Shown: piece after piece, positions 1 to 7,801 of the stretch
How the letters are laid out: every line of letters begins with the position of its first letter
How positions within the stretch are numbered: the first letter of the stretch is position 1
Assembly: GCA_041497895.1 (NCBI GenBank)
Contig: JBGQHJ010000163.1
Span: 1 to 10,262 of the forward strand
Length of the DNA stretch: 10,262 bases
From: Candidatus Methylomirabilia bacterium
GTDB lineage: Bacteria; Methylomirabilota; Methylomirabilia; Rokubacteriales; CSP1-6
Direction: 5' to 3'
Translations under genes and position numbers: made by a program
Notes under the pieces: generated by a model
Told to the model about the DNA's origin: nothing
The model's input: the letters and a program-made list of their open reading frames with translations, nothing else
Database searches by the model: none

Positions 1-617
1 AGGGCGGCCTGGCGGAAGGTATCCGGCTTGAGCCCGAGCAGCTCGAGCTTGCGGGAGGCCTGCTGGCGCGCGGCCTCCGCGCTCTCGAGCCCGAGCCGCG
101 CCTGCGCGGCATCGTTCTGCGCGGTCAACAGATCCTTCTCCGCGACCGCCCTGACCTGGTAGAGATCGCTCGCCCGCGCGAGGTCGGTCTCCGCCTTCTG
201 TAGCGTGGCGCGCGCCTGCCGCTCGCCCGCCTGGGCCTGGAGGAACGTGGCGACCGCCGCGTCGGCATCCGGGCTCTCGAGCGTCACCAGGGGCTGGCCC
301 TGCTCGACGCGGTCGCCGAGCCGCACCAGCACCGCGGTGACCCGTCCCTGCACCGGAGGCAGGACGCGCGCGGTGCGATTGGGGTCGGCGAGGATGCGCG
401 CGGGCGCCACTAGCTCCTCGCTCGCGACCTCCGCCACCCGCACCGGCTCCACCCGGATCTGCTGGAGCTGCGGCGAGTCCGCCGGCACGACCACCACGTC
501 GGCGGCCGGGCGCGTCGCGCTCGTGGCGGCTCCGGCCGCGGTCTCGCTGCGTCCGCACGCGCCGGTGGCGAGCGCCGCGAGCGCGATCGACAGCCCCATC
601 GCGAACCGTCTCGACAT
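1..617 (-). CDS. Efflux RND transporter periplasmic adaptor (membrane fusion protein, CzcB/CusB-like); 3' end runs off the window
   Basis: Manual translation from ATG at 617 is open to the window edge: MSRRFAMGLSIALAALATGACGRSETAAG...SPQLQQIRVEPV...APARILADPNRTARVLPPVQGRVTAVLVRLGDRVEQGQPLVTLESPD...ARATLQKAETDLARASDLYQVRAVAEKDL...LELLGL. It shows a signal peptide with lipobox-like TGAC, a lipoyl-like half motif (GRVTAVLVRLGDRVEQGQPL) and an alpha-hairpin. Neighbouring TolC and two-component genes fit. Confidence 0.92.
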   Translation of the reverse strand, partial: MSRRFAMGLSIALAALATGACGRSETAAGAATSATRPAADVVVVPADSPQLQQIRVEPVRVAEVASEELVAPARILADPNRTARVLPPVQGRVTAVLVRLGDRVEQGQPLVTLESPDADAAVATFLQAQAGERQARATLQKAETDLARASDLYQVRAVAEKDLLTAQNDAAQARLGLESAEAARQQASRKLELLGLKPDTFRQAA

Positions 618-624
618 GCCCGGC

Positions 625-630
625 AGTCTA
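625..630 (-). promoter_or_regulatory. Putative -10 element TAGACT of the adaptor gene (probably leaderless)
   Basis: Minus strand reads CTTCA-ggttcgatcgc-TAGACT-gccgggc-ATG. The hexamer is 7 nt before the start codon and there is no SD. Confidence 0.65.
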
Positions 631-641
631 GCGATCGAACC

Positions 642-660
642 TGAAGGAATCGTGAAGACG
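642..660 (-). promoter_or_regulatory. Putative OmpR-family response regulator binding site, copy 1 (CGTCTTCACGATTCCTTCA)
   Basis: Direct repeat CTTCA-N6-CTTCA with 11-bp period, ending 11 nt upstream of the -10 box. 18/19 identical to 2807-2825. Confidence 0.75.
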
Positions 661-677
661 AGCGGCACGGCCGATTC

Positions 678-706
678 TTGCCGCCCCCGGGGCCCGGCGG
701 TATGGT
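678..706 (+). promoter_or_regulatory. Putative sigma70-type promoter of the two-component operon
   Basis: TTGCCG (678-683), 17-nt spacer, TATGGT (701-706), then 9 nt to ATG 716. No SD. Confidence 0.6.
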
Positions 707-715
707 ACGGCCACG

Positions 716-1393
716 ATGCGGATCCTCCTCGTGGACGACGATCGCAAGGCGGCCCAGATCCTCGCCCGTGGCCTCCGCGAGGAGCGCTTCGTGGTCGACG
801 TCGCGTACTCCGCCCTGGAGGGCGACGAGCTGGCGAGCGCCACCGACTACGACGTCGTCGTGCTCGACTGGCTCTTGCCCGACCAGGAAGGGATCGCGCT
901 CTGCCGCGAGTGGCGCGGGCGGGGCCTGGGGGTGCCGATCCTGATGCTGACCGCCCGCGACGCGCTCGAGGATCGCGTGACCGGGCTCAACACCGGCGCC
1001 GACGACTACCTGGTCAAGCCGTTCGGCTTCTCCGAGCTGCTCGCCCGCATCCACGCGCTGCTGCGCCGCTCGGAGCTCACCCGCCCGGTCGTGCTCGCGG
1101 TGGCGGATCTGACCCTCGATCCGCAGAGCCACCGTGTCGCGCGGGCCGGCCTCCCGATCAACCTCACCCCGAAGGAGTACGCGATCCTCGAGGTCCTGAT
1201 GCGCCACGCCGGGCGGGTGGTGACCCGGGCCCGGCTCGCCGATCACGTCTGGGAGACCGAGCAGGATTCCCTCACCAACCTGGTCGACGTCCACGTGAGC
1301 CACCTGCGCCGCAAGGTCGACGGCCCGGGAGGCTCGCCGCTCATCCACACCATCCGGGGGCGAGGCTACCTGGTGGGCCCGGCGACTCCGTGA
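716..1393 (+). CDS. OmpR/PhoB-family DNA-binding response regulator (CusR/CzcR/QseB-like)
   Basis: 225 aa. Receiver motifs LLVDDD, VVLD51WLLP, MLTA, GADDYLVKPF. Winged-helix LTPKEYAILE...NLVDVHVSHLRRKVD...IHTIRGRGY. Confidence 0.97.
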   Translation: MRILLVDDDRKAAQILARGLREERFVVDVAYSALEGDELASATDYDVVVLDWLLPDQEGIALCREWRGRGLGVPILMLTARDALEDRVTGLNTGADDYLVKPFGFSELLARIHALLRRSELTRPVVLAVADLTLDPQSHRVARAGLPINLTPKEYAILEVLMRHAGRVVTRARLADHVWETEQDSLTNLVDVHVSHLRRKVDGPGGSPLIHTIRGRGYLVGPATP

Positions 1394-2796
1394 TCGCGCT
1401 GAACCTCAAGGCCCGCGTCTTCCTGCTGCACGTCATCGCGGTGGGCCTGATCCTCGCCGCCGCCTCGGTGGGCGCGAACTGGGCCTTCTCCCGGATGGTG
1501 CTCGGCCAGTTCGACCAGTCGCTGCTCGAGCTGGCCCACACCGAGGCCGCGGCCGCGCTGGCGAACCCGAGCCAGCCGCCCCGCGTTCACGAGATGGCGT
1601 CCGGCGCGGCGCCACCGTCGTTCCCCCGCCTGGACAAGCTCATCCAGATCGTCGACCTCGACGGCCACGTGGTCGCGCGCAGCACCAACCTCGGCGCGGC
1701 CCGCCTGCCCACCCCGGCCGGGCTGCTCGCCCGGCTGCGACAGGGCGAGTCGGTGATCGAGACCCGGCGCGACTTCGGCGACGAGCCCCTCCGTCTGCTC
1801 TCGATGCCGCTCCAGCTCGGGCCGGCGGCCTACGCGATCCAGGTCGGCGGCTCGCTCGACGACGTCGACGCGGCGACGCGATGGGCCCGATGGCTGTTCG
1901 CGTCGATGGCGCTCGCGATCCTGGGCGCGGTGGCGCTCACCGGCGCGATGCTGGCGCGCGCGATCCTGCGGCCGATCGATCAGATCGTGCTCCGGGCCCG
2001 GGTGCTGGGAGCCTCGGGCCTCGCGGAGCGGCTGCCCCATCCGGGCGGCCGGGACGAGATCGGCCGCCTCGTGGAGACGCTCAACGAGATGCTGGCCCGC
2101 GTCGAGCACGTCTTCGAGGCCCAGCGCCGCTTCACCGCCGACGCCTCGCACGAGCTGCGCTCGCCGCTCTCGCGGCTGCGGGCCGAGCTGGAGGTGACGC
2201 TCCGGCGCCCGCGCGAGCGGCCCGAATACGAGGAAGCGCTGCGGTCGTGCCTGGCCGAAGTGGCGCGCCTCTCGCGCCTGACCGAGGCCCTGCTCACGCT
2301 CGCCCGTCTGGACGCGGGCGAGTCGCGGGAGACGCCGCGCGAGGACGTGGCCCTCGCGCCGATCCTCGGCGAGGCCGCGGCGCGGCTCGGCGGCGGCGAC
2401 CACGCCCGCGACGTGAGCGTGGTGCTCGAGGCGCCGGGCGACATCCGGGTCGACGTAGCTCCCGCCGCGGTGAGCCTGGTGATCAGCAACGTGCTCGACA
2501 ACGCCATCAAGTTCTCGCCGCCGGGCGGCAAGGTGACGATCGAGGCCTTCGTCGAGGACGGCGCCGCGGTGGTGGCGGTGTCGGACACCGGCCCCGGCGT
2601 GCCCGAGGAGGAGCGGCCACGCCTCTTCGAGCGGTTCTACCGGGGCAGCGCGGCCCGCGCCACCGACATCCCGGGCGTGGGCCTCGGGCTCGCGATCTGC
2701 CGGCTCGTGGTGGAGTCTCAGGGCGGCAGCATCGCGCTGGTTTCCGCGCCCGGCGGCGGCGCGAGCATCCGGATCCGTCTCCCGCTCGCGACCTGA
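1390..2796 (+). CDS. HAMP-domain sensor histidine kinase (CusS/CzcS/QseC-like), about 468 aa
   Basis: C-terminal part of the 205..2796 ORF; GTG at 1390 overlaps the regulator stop (GTGA). Two TM segments, HAMP (RPIDQI...DEIGRLVETLNEML), H-box FTADASHELRSPL, N-box NVLDNAIKF, G1 DTGPGV, F LFERFYR, G2 GVGLGLAI. Confidence 0.96.
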   Translation: MIALNLKARVFLLHVIAVGLILAAASVGANWAFSRMVLGQFDQSLLELAHTEAAAALANPSQPPRVHEMASGAAPPSFPRLDKLIQIVDLDGHVVARSTNLGAARLPTPAGLLARLRQGESVIETRRDFGDEPLRLLSMPLQLGPAAYAIQVGGSLDDVDAATRWARWLFASMALAILGAVALTGAMLARAILRPIDQIVLRARVLGASGLAERLPHPGGRDEIGRLVETLNEMLARVEHVFEAQRRFTADASHELRSPLSRLRAELEVTLRRPRERPEYEEALRSCLAEVARLSRLTEALLTLARLDAGESRETPREDVALAPILGEAAARLGGGDHARDVSVVLEAPGDIRVDVAPAAVSLVISNVLDNAIKFSPPGGKVTIEAFVEDGAAVVAVSDTGPGVPEEERPRLFERFYRGSAARATDIPGVGLGLAICRLVVESQGGSIALVSAPGGGASIRIRLPLAT

Positions 2797-2806
2797 GCGC
2801 GCGCGG

Positions 2807-2825
2807 CGTCTTCAGGATTCCTTCA
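2807..2825 (+). promoter_or_regulatory. Putative OmpR-family response regulator binding site, copy 2 (CGTCTTCAGGATTCCTTCA)
   Basis: Lies in the short kinase-TolC intergenic gap. CTTCA-N6-CTTCA followed after 12 nt by -10-like CACCAT (2838-2843). Matches the reverse complement of 642-660 at 18/19. Confidence 0.75.
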
Positions 2826-2853
2826 TCCGCGCCGGGCCACCATGCCCGCCGGG

Positions 2854-4128
2854 ATGACCATGGTCGAGCGGGCGGGCGGGAGCTTCGCGGCGAGGACGAC
2901 GGCGGTCGTGGCCGTCCTCTGCCTGCTCGCGGGCCCCGGCGGAGCCCAGGAGCCCCTGCGCCGGCTGTCGCTCGACGAGGCGCTCGCGCTCGCCCTCGAG
3001 CGGAATCCGACGGTGCAGGCCAAGGCCGCCGAGCTCCGGTCGGTCCGGGCCAACGAGATCACGGCCGGGCTGCGCCCGAACCCGACCATGAGCTTCCTCG
3101 CCGAGCAGCTCAAACCGGGGCAGGCCCAGCAGGACGGCCAGTACACGGTCAACGTGGGGCAGCCGATCGAGCTCGGCGGCAAGCGCCTGCACCGCGTGGA
3201 CGCCGCGCGCGCCGCGACGCGGGTCACCGCCTACCAGTTCGAGGACGTGCGCCGCCTCACCGTGCTCCAGATCAAGGCCGCCTTCGCGGGCGCGCTGGTG
3301 GCGCGCGAGCAGCTCGCGCTCGCGGAGGAGAACCTGAGAGCGCTCGACGAGACCGAGCGGCTCCAGCGGCTGCGGGTCGACCGCGGCGACCTGTCCGAGC
3401 TCGAGCTGCTACGAATCCAGGTCCAGCGCTTCACCTTCGAGCGCGACGCGGCCGACGCCCGACAGACCCTCGACGTGGCCCGGATCACGCTGCGGAGCAC
3501 CGCCGCGCCCGCCGCGATCGCGGAGGACTTCGAGGTCGCCGGCGATCTCGCGTTCCCCGACGTCGCTCTCGACCCCGACCGACTCCGCCGCCTTGCGGTC
3601 GCCCACCGGCCCGATCTGCGCGCCGCCGTCGCGGACCGGGAGCGGGCCCAGGCGGACCACCGACTGGCCCGCGCCAACGCGTGGTGGGACATCACGCCCC
3701 AGCTCGAGTACCAGCGCATCGGCCCCGACAACACGATCGGGTTCGGCTTCTCCTTCCCGCTGCGCATCTTCGACCGCAACCAGGGCGAGATCGAGCGGAC
3801 GCGGGCGGAGATCGCCCGGGTGGAGGCGGCGCGGCGGGCGACCGAGCAGCAGGTCCTGGCCGGCCTCGACGTCGACCTGCGCACCGCGCAGACCCAGCGC
3901 GAGCGGGTGCAGACCCTCCGCGACGTCTACCTGCCCAAGGCGCGGCGGACGCGCGAGGTCGTCGAATACGCCTACCGACGGGGCGGGCAGAGCCGGCTCG
4001 ACTTCCTCGACGCGGAGCGCAGTGACCGCGAGACCGCGCTGGCCCACCTCCAGGCGATGGGCGCCTACCTCGCGGCCATCTACCAGCTCGAGGCCGACGT
4101 GGGCGCGCCGCTCGATCAGGCGGACTGA
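2854..4128 (+). CDS. TolC-family outer membrane efflux protein (CzcC-like); start could be ATG 2842, 2854 or 2860
   Basis: Signal peptide ending GGA|QE, then LSLDEALALALERNP, AGLRPNP, QPIELGGKR, HRPDLRAA, FPLRIFDRNQGEI and AYRRGGQSRLDFLDA: two OEP repeats typical of CzcC-like proteins. Confidence 0.94.
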   Translation: MTMVERAGGSFAARTTAVVAVLCLLAGPGGAQEPLRRLSLDEALALALERNPTVQAKAAELRSVRANEITAGLRPNPTMSFLAEQLKPGQAQQDGQYTVNVGQPIELGGKRLHRVDAARAATRVTAYQFEDVRRLTVLQIKAAFAGALVAREQLALAEENLRALDETERLQRLRVDRGDLSELELLRIQVQRFTFERDAADARQTLDVARITLRSTAAPAAIAEDFEVAGDLAFPDVALDPDRLRRLAVAHRPDLRAAVADRERAQADHRLARANAWWDITPQLEYQRIGPDNTIGFGFSFPLRIFDRNQGEIERTRAEIARVEAARRATEQQVLAGLDVDLRTAQTQRERVQTLRDVYLPKARRTREVVEYAYRRGGQSRLDFLDAERSDRETALAHLQAMGAYLAAIYQLEADVGAPLDQAD

Positions 4129-6218
4129 GCGCCCGCGAGGGTCATCACGATATTCCCGCTCGCGGCCACTTCCGCCCTCGCGTCCGGCCCGATCACGAGC
4201 GTCGAGCCCTCCTCCTCCACCACCGCCGGCCCGCTCAGCCGGTCGCCGATTCCGAGGCGGTAGCGGTCGTAGACCGCGGTCTCCACCCACCCGTCCGCAC
4301 CGGAGAAGTACGCGCGCCGCGTGCCCTTGAGCGCGGCGCGCGCGCCCTGGCCCGGGCGGCCCTCGAGCACCACGTCGCTGCCCGAGACCGGCGCGCGCAC
4401 CGCCACCCGGATGTTGATGAACTCGACCGGCACGCCGGGCGGGGTCAGGGCGAACTTCTCGCGGTACGCGGTCTCGAAGGCGGCCCGCAGGGCCGCGCGC
4501 CCGGGCTCGCTGTCCTCGTAGGGCCCGGCCGGCAGCGGCACCACCAGGTCGAAGCCCTGGCCCATGAAGCGGCCGTCGGCCAGCCGCGTCACCGTCGCCG
4601 ACTCGAGCTTGAGCCCGGTCTCCGCCATCACCGCGCGCGCTTCGCGCTCGAGCCGCGCGAAGCCGGCCTCGAGCTCGCCGATGCTCCCGCGATCGAGGCG
4701 GATGCCCACGGTGGCCCCGCGGTCCACCCGCGCCGGCGCCACCAGCAGCCCGAGGGCCGAGGCCACGCCGGCCGAGGGTGGGCAGATCACGCGGCCGATG
4801 CCGAGCTTGCGGGCCACCGAGTAGGCGTGCACCGGCCCCGCGCCGCCGGTGCAGAGCAGCGCGTAGTCACGGGGGTCGCGCCCGCGCTCCGCGATGTGCA
4901 CGCGCGCCGCGCCCGCCATGTTCTCGTTGACGATGTCGTGGATGCCCCACGCCACCTTGGTGGACTCGAGGTCGAGACGCCGGGCCACGTCCTCGATCAC
5001 GCCGATCGCGGCCGCCATGTCCACCGCGACCTCCCCGCCCGCGAAGTAGTCCGGGTTGAGGTAGCCGAGCAGGAAGTCGGCGTCGGTCACGGTGGGCTCC
5101 CGCCCGCCCAGGCCATAGGAGGCCGGCCCCGGGTGCGAGCCGGCGCTGCGCGGGCCGACCTTCAGGAGCCCGATCTCGTCCACCGCCGCGATGCTGCCGC
5201 CGCCCGCGCCGATCTCGATCAGCTCGATGGTCGAGATGCGGATGGGCAGCCCGCTGCCCTCGATGAAGCGCCGCTGGCGCGCGGCCTCGAAGCTGTAGGC
5301 GGTCAGCGGCTCGCCGCCGTCCACCAGCGAGAGCTTGGCGGTGGTGCCGCCCATGTCGAAGGCGAGCACGCGCCCGTTGCCGTCGGCCTGGCCGAAGAAC
5401 GCGGCCGCGATGGCGCCCGCCGCCGGACCGGACTCGAGCATCTGCACCGGCACCCGCTGGGCCTCGGCCACGTGGGTGAGGCCGCCGCTAGAGAGCATGA
5501 GCAGCAGCGGAGCCGGGATGCCAAGCGCGGACACGCGCTCCGCCATCAGGGCCAGATACTTCTGGGCGAGCGGCTTGATGTAGGCATTCGCCACCGTGGT
5601 CGACGCCCGCTCGTACTCGCGGATCTCCGGGGCCACCTCGTGCGAGGTCGTCACCGCGATGCCGGGATGCCGGCGCGCGATCAGCCGCGCCGCCTCGCGC
5701 TCGTGGCGCGGGTTGGCGTAGGCGTGCAGGAACACCACCGCGATCGCGCCGACGCCGGCGCGGGCGAGCGCGGCCGCGCGCGCGACGACCGCGCGGGTGT
5801 CGAGCCGCCGCGCGACGCGCCCGTCCGCCTTCGTGCGCTCGGGCACCTCGAGGCGCAGGTGCCGCGGCACCAGCGGCTCGGGCTTGGTGATCGCCAGGTC
5901 GTACAGCTCGTACTTCCGCTCGCGCCCGATCTCGAGCGTGTCCGCGAAGCCCGCGGTGGTGATCAGCCCGGTGACCGCGCCCTTGCGCTCGATCAGCGCG
6001 TTGGTGAAGAGGGTGGTGGCGTGGACGACCCGGGAGAAGGCGGCCGGATCGACCCGCGCCTGGTCGAGCAGGCCGGCGACGCCGGAGGCGACCGCGCGCG
6101 CGGGGTCGTCGTGGGTGGTGAGGACCTTGCGGCTCCATCGCGCGCCGGTGTCGTGGTCGTAGACCACGAGATCGGTGAAGGTCCCGCCGATGTCGATGCC
6201 GAGCGAGTACTGGGCCAC
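4116..6218 (-). CDS. Hydantoinase A / 5-oxoprolinase family ATP-binding subunit, about 700 aa
   Basis: C-terminal part of the 4116..7640 ORF. GTG at 6218 follows SD-like GAGGG at the upstream stop. Motifs GIDIGGTFTD, HATTLFTNALIERKG, ESGPAAG, DMGGTT, IGAGGGSI, GPRSAGSHPGPASYG, PTVTDA, GGAGPVHA, GPAVVEE. Confidence 0.95.
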   Translation of the reverse strand: MAQYSLGIDIGGTFTDLVVYDHDTGARWSRKVLTTHDDPARAVASGVAGLLDQARVDPAAFSRVVHATTLFTNALIERKGAVTGLITTAGFADTLEIGRERKYELYDLAITKPEPLVPRHLRLEVPERTKADGRVARRLDTRAVVARAAALARAGVGAIAVVFLHAYANPRHEREAARLIARRHPGIAVTTSHEVAPEIREYERASTTVANAYIKPLAQKYLALMAERVSALGIPAPLLLMLSSGGLTHVAEAQRVPVQMLESGPAAGAIAAAFFGQADGNGRVLAFDMGGTTAKLSLVDGGEPLTAYSFEAARQRRFIEGSGLPIRISTIELIEIGAGGGSIAAVDEIGLLKVGPRSAGSHPGPASYGLGGREPTVTDADFLLGYLNPDYFAGGEVAVDMAAAIGVIEDVARRLDLESTKVAWGIHDIVNENMAGAARVHIAERGRDPRDYALLCTGGAGPVHAYSVARKLGIGRVICPPSAGVASALGLLVAPARVDRGATVGIRLDRGSIGELEAGFARLEREARAVMAETGLKLESATVTRLADGRFMGQGFDLVVPLPAGPYEDSEPGRAALRAAFETAYREKFALTPPGVPVEFINIRVAVRAPVSGSDVVLEGRPGQGARAALKGTRRAYFSGADGWVETAVYDRYRLGIGDRLSGPAVVEEEGSTLVIGPDARAEVAASGNIVMTLAGAQSA

Positions 6219-6229
6219 CGCGGGCGCCC

Positions 6230-7762
6230 TCAGCGCGCCTTGAGCTTGAGGTCCTCCGCGGGCGCCGAGTAGGAGAAGCCGGGAATGAGCCCGGCCCCAC
6301 CTTCCTCCACGCGCGGGCCTACGCCCCAGATGAACGCGAGCTCGTAGATCGGGATGTTCAGCACCTCGTCGTGCATGATCTTCTGGATCTGCCCGACGAG
6401 CTGCTCGCGCTTCTTCGGGTCGAGCTCGCGCCCCTGACGCACGTAGAGGTCGTCGATCTCCGGTCGGCTGCCGTAGGCGTAGATGCCGTTCTTCGTGGCG
6501 TAGGGCTCGATCCGGGTGGCCGCGTTGCCGAACGCGGCGGTGATCACCAGGATCATGCCGTGGAGCTTCTTCTCGCGCCACGCGGCGAAGTAGGCGGCGC
6601 GCTCCATGGTGCGGGCCCGGGTGCGGATGCCCACCGCCTGCAGATACCCCTGGATGGCCTCGCCCATCGAGTTGTAGGGCGGGAACGGATAGAAGTCGCC
6701 CGCGTCGAAGCCGTTGGGATAGCCCGCCTCGGCCAGCAGCTTCCTGGCCTGCGCGGGGTTGTAGGCGGGCGGCTCGTAGACCACCGCGTACTGGAAGATG
6801 CGCGGCACGATGCTGCCGGTCAGCCGCGAGAAGCCGAGGGTCTCGGCCTGGTTCACCGCCTCGCGGTCGATCGCGAGGCTCGCGGCCAGGCGCACCCGCC
6901 GGTCGTGCCACGGGGACTTGGGATCCCACTGGTCGGGCAGCTCGAGCCAGAACGCCCCGGAGAGCAGCGGCGCCTTGACCTGGTAGCCCGGCGTCTTCTG
7001 GATCGCCTCCGCGGTCGGGCCGGTCAGGAGGTACACGATGTCCACCTCGCCGCGCCGGAGCGCGGCGGCGCGAGTGGTCTCCTCCGGCATCGAGCGCATG
7101 ACCAGGCGCTTGACCGACGGGGCCTTCCGCCAGTAGCCGTCGAAGGCCTCCATCACGATCTCGACGCCCGGCTTGAACGAGATCACCTTGTAGGGGCCCG
7201 CCCCGATCGGCGCGGCCTTGAACCCGTCCTCGCCCACCTGCTGCACGTACTTTTTCGGCACGATCCAGGCGGCCCCGGAGGCGGTCGTGCCGTAGAAGGT
7301 CATGAAGTCGGCCCACGGCTCCTTCAGCACGAAGCGCACCTGGGTCGGCCCCAGCACCTGCACCTCCTTCACCTTCTCCTTCAGGAGCGTGGCGCTGGCG
7401 CCCTTGTAACGCTCGAACGAGAACTTCACGTCCTCCGCGGTGACCGGCTCCCCGTTGTGGAAGCGCGCATTCTTGCGCAGGGTGAAGGTGAACGTCAGGT
7501 GATCCTTCGACTCCTGCCACGACTCGGCCAGGCTCGGGGTGTTGAGGCCGCCCGGCATCGGCTTCACCAGCGCGTCGTGCACCGCGTAGAGCACCATGAA
7601 CGGGGTGCTGAACGCCTCGGTCTCGGCCGGATCGAGCCACTTGGCGGCGAGCGTGACGTGCAGGCCCCAGCGCATCTCGCCGTCGGCGGCGAGCGCGGGC
7701 GGAGTGGGCGCGACGAGGAGCAGGGCGACGAGGGCCGGCGGCAGGAGATGGAGTCGTTTCAT
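6230..7762 (-). CDS. ABC transporter substrate-binding protein, family 5 (DppA/OppA/NikA-like), about 510 aa
   Basis: Signal peptide MKRLHLLPPALVALLLVAPTPPALA|AD; PSLAESW, FTLRKNARFHNGEPVTAEDVKFSFER, PIGAGPYK, DRRVRLAASLAIDR, YNPAQARKLLAEAGYPNGF. ATG 7762 is preferred over TTG 7798, which coincides with the -35 box. Confidence 0.96.
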   Translation of the reverse strand: MKRLHLLPPALVALLLVAPTPPALAADGEMRWGLHVTLAAKWLDPAETEAFSTPFMVLYAVHDALVKPMPGGLNTPSLAESWQESKDHLTFTFTLRKNARFHNGEPVTAEDVKFSFERYKGASATLLKEKVKEVQVLGPTQVRFVLKEPWADFMTFYGTTASGAAWIVPKKYVQQVGEDGFKAAPIGAGPYKVISFKPGVEIVMEAFDGYWRKAPSVKRLVMRSMPEETTRAAALRRGEVDIVYLLTGPTAEAIQKTPGYQVKAPLLSGAFWLELPDQWDPKSPWHDRRVRLAASLAIDREAVNQAETLGFSRLTGSIVPRIFQYAVVYEPPAYNPAQARKLLAEAGYPNGFDAGDFYPFPPYNSMGEAIQGYLQAVGIRTRARTMERAAYFAAWREKKLHGMILVITAAFGNAATRIEPYATKNGIYAYGSRPEIDDLYVRQGRELDPKKREQLVGQIQKIMHDEVLNIPIYELAFIWGVGPRVEEGGAGLIPGFSYSAPAEDLKLKAR

Positions 7763-7769
7763 GACGAGA

Positions 7770-7798
7770 ACCCTAGGCCGAGCCGCCGGCCAGGTCAA
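7770..7798 (-). promoter_or_regulatory. Putative sigma70 promoter for the binding protein-hydantoinase unit (probably leaderless)
   Basis: Minus strand: TTGACC (7798-7793), 17-nt spacer, TAGGGT (7775-7770), tctcgtc, ATG. It fills the whole intergenic gap. Confidence 0.75.
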
Positions 7799-7801
7799 GG
7801 C

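Noticed and set aside
205..1389. 395-aa N-terminal extension of the kinase ORF (863 aa in the track)
   Set aside because: Low-complexity Arg/Pro/Ala/Ser-rich translation overlapping the real adaptor and regulator genes. Stop-free by chance in GC-rich DNA; GTGA coupling marks the true start.
1..4128. Assigning czc or cus gene symbols
   Set aside because: Only family-level similarity is visible. The pump gene is not in the window and no metal-specific motifs were seen.
6219..7640. Apparent 1174-aa giant hydantoinase or binding-protein fusion
   Set aside because: The extension is an off-frame reading of the binding protein gene, which has its own stop at 6230-6232. Hydantoinase homology begins at GIDIGGTFTD right after GTG 6218, and I see no slippery site at the junction.
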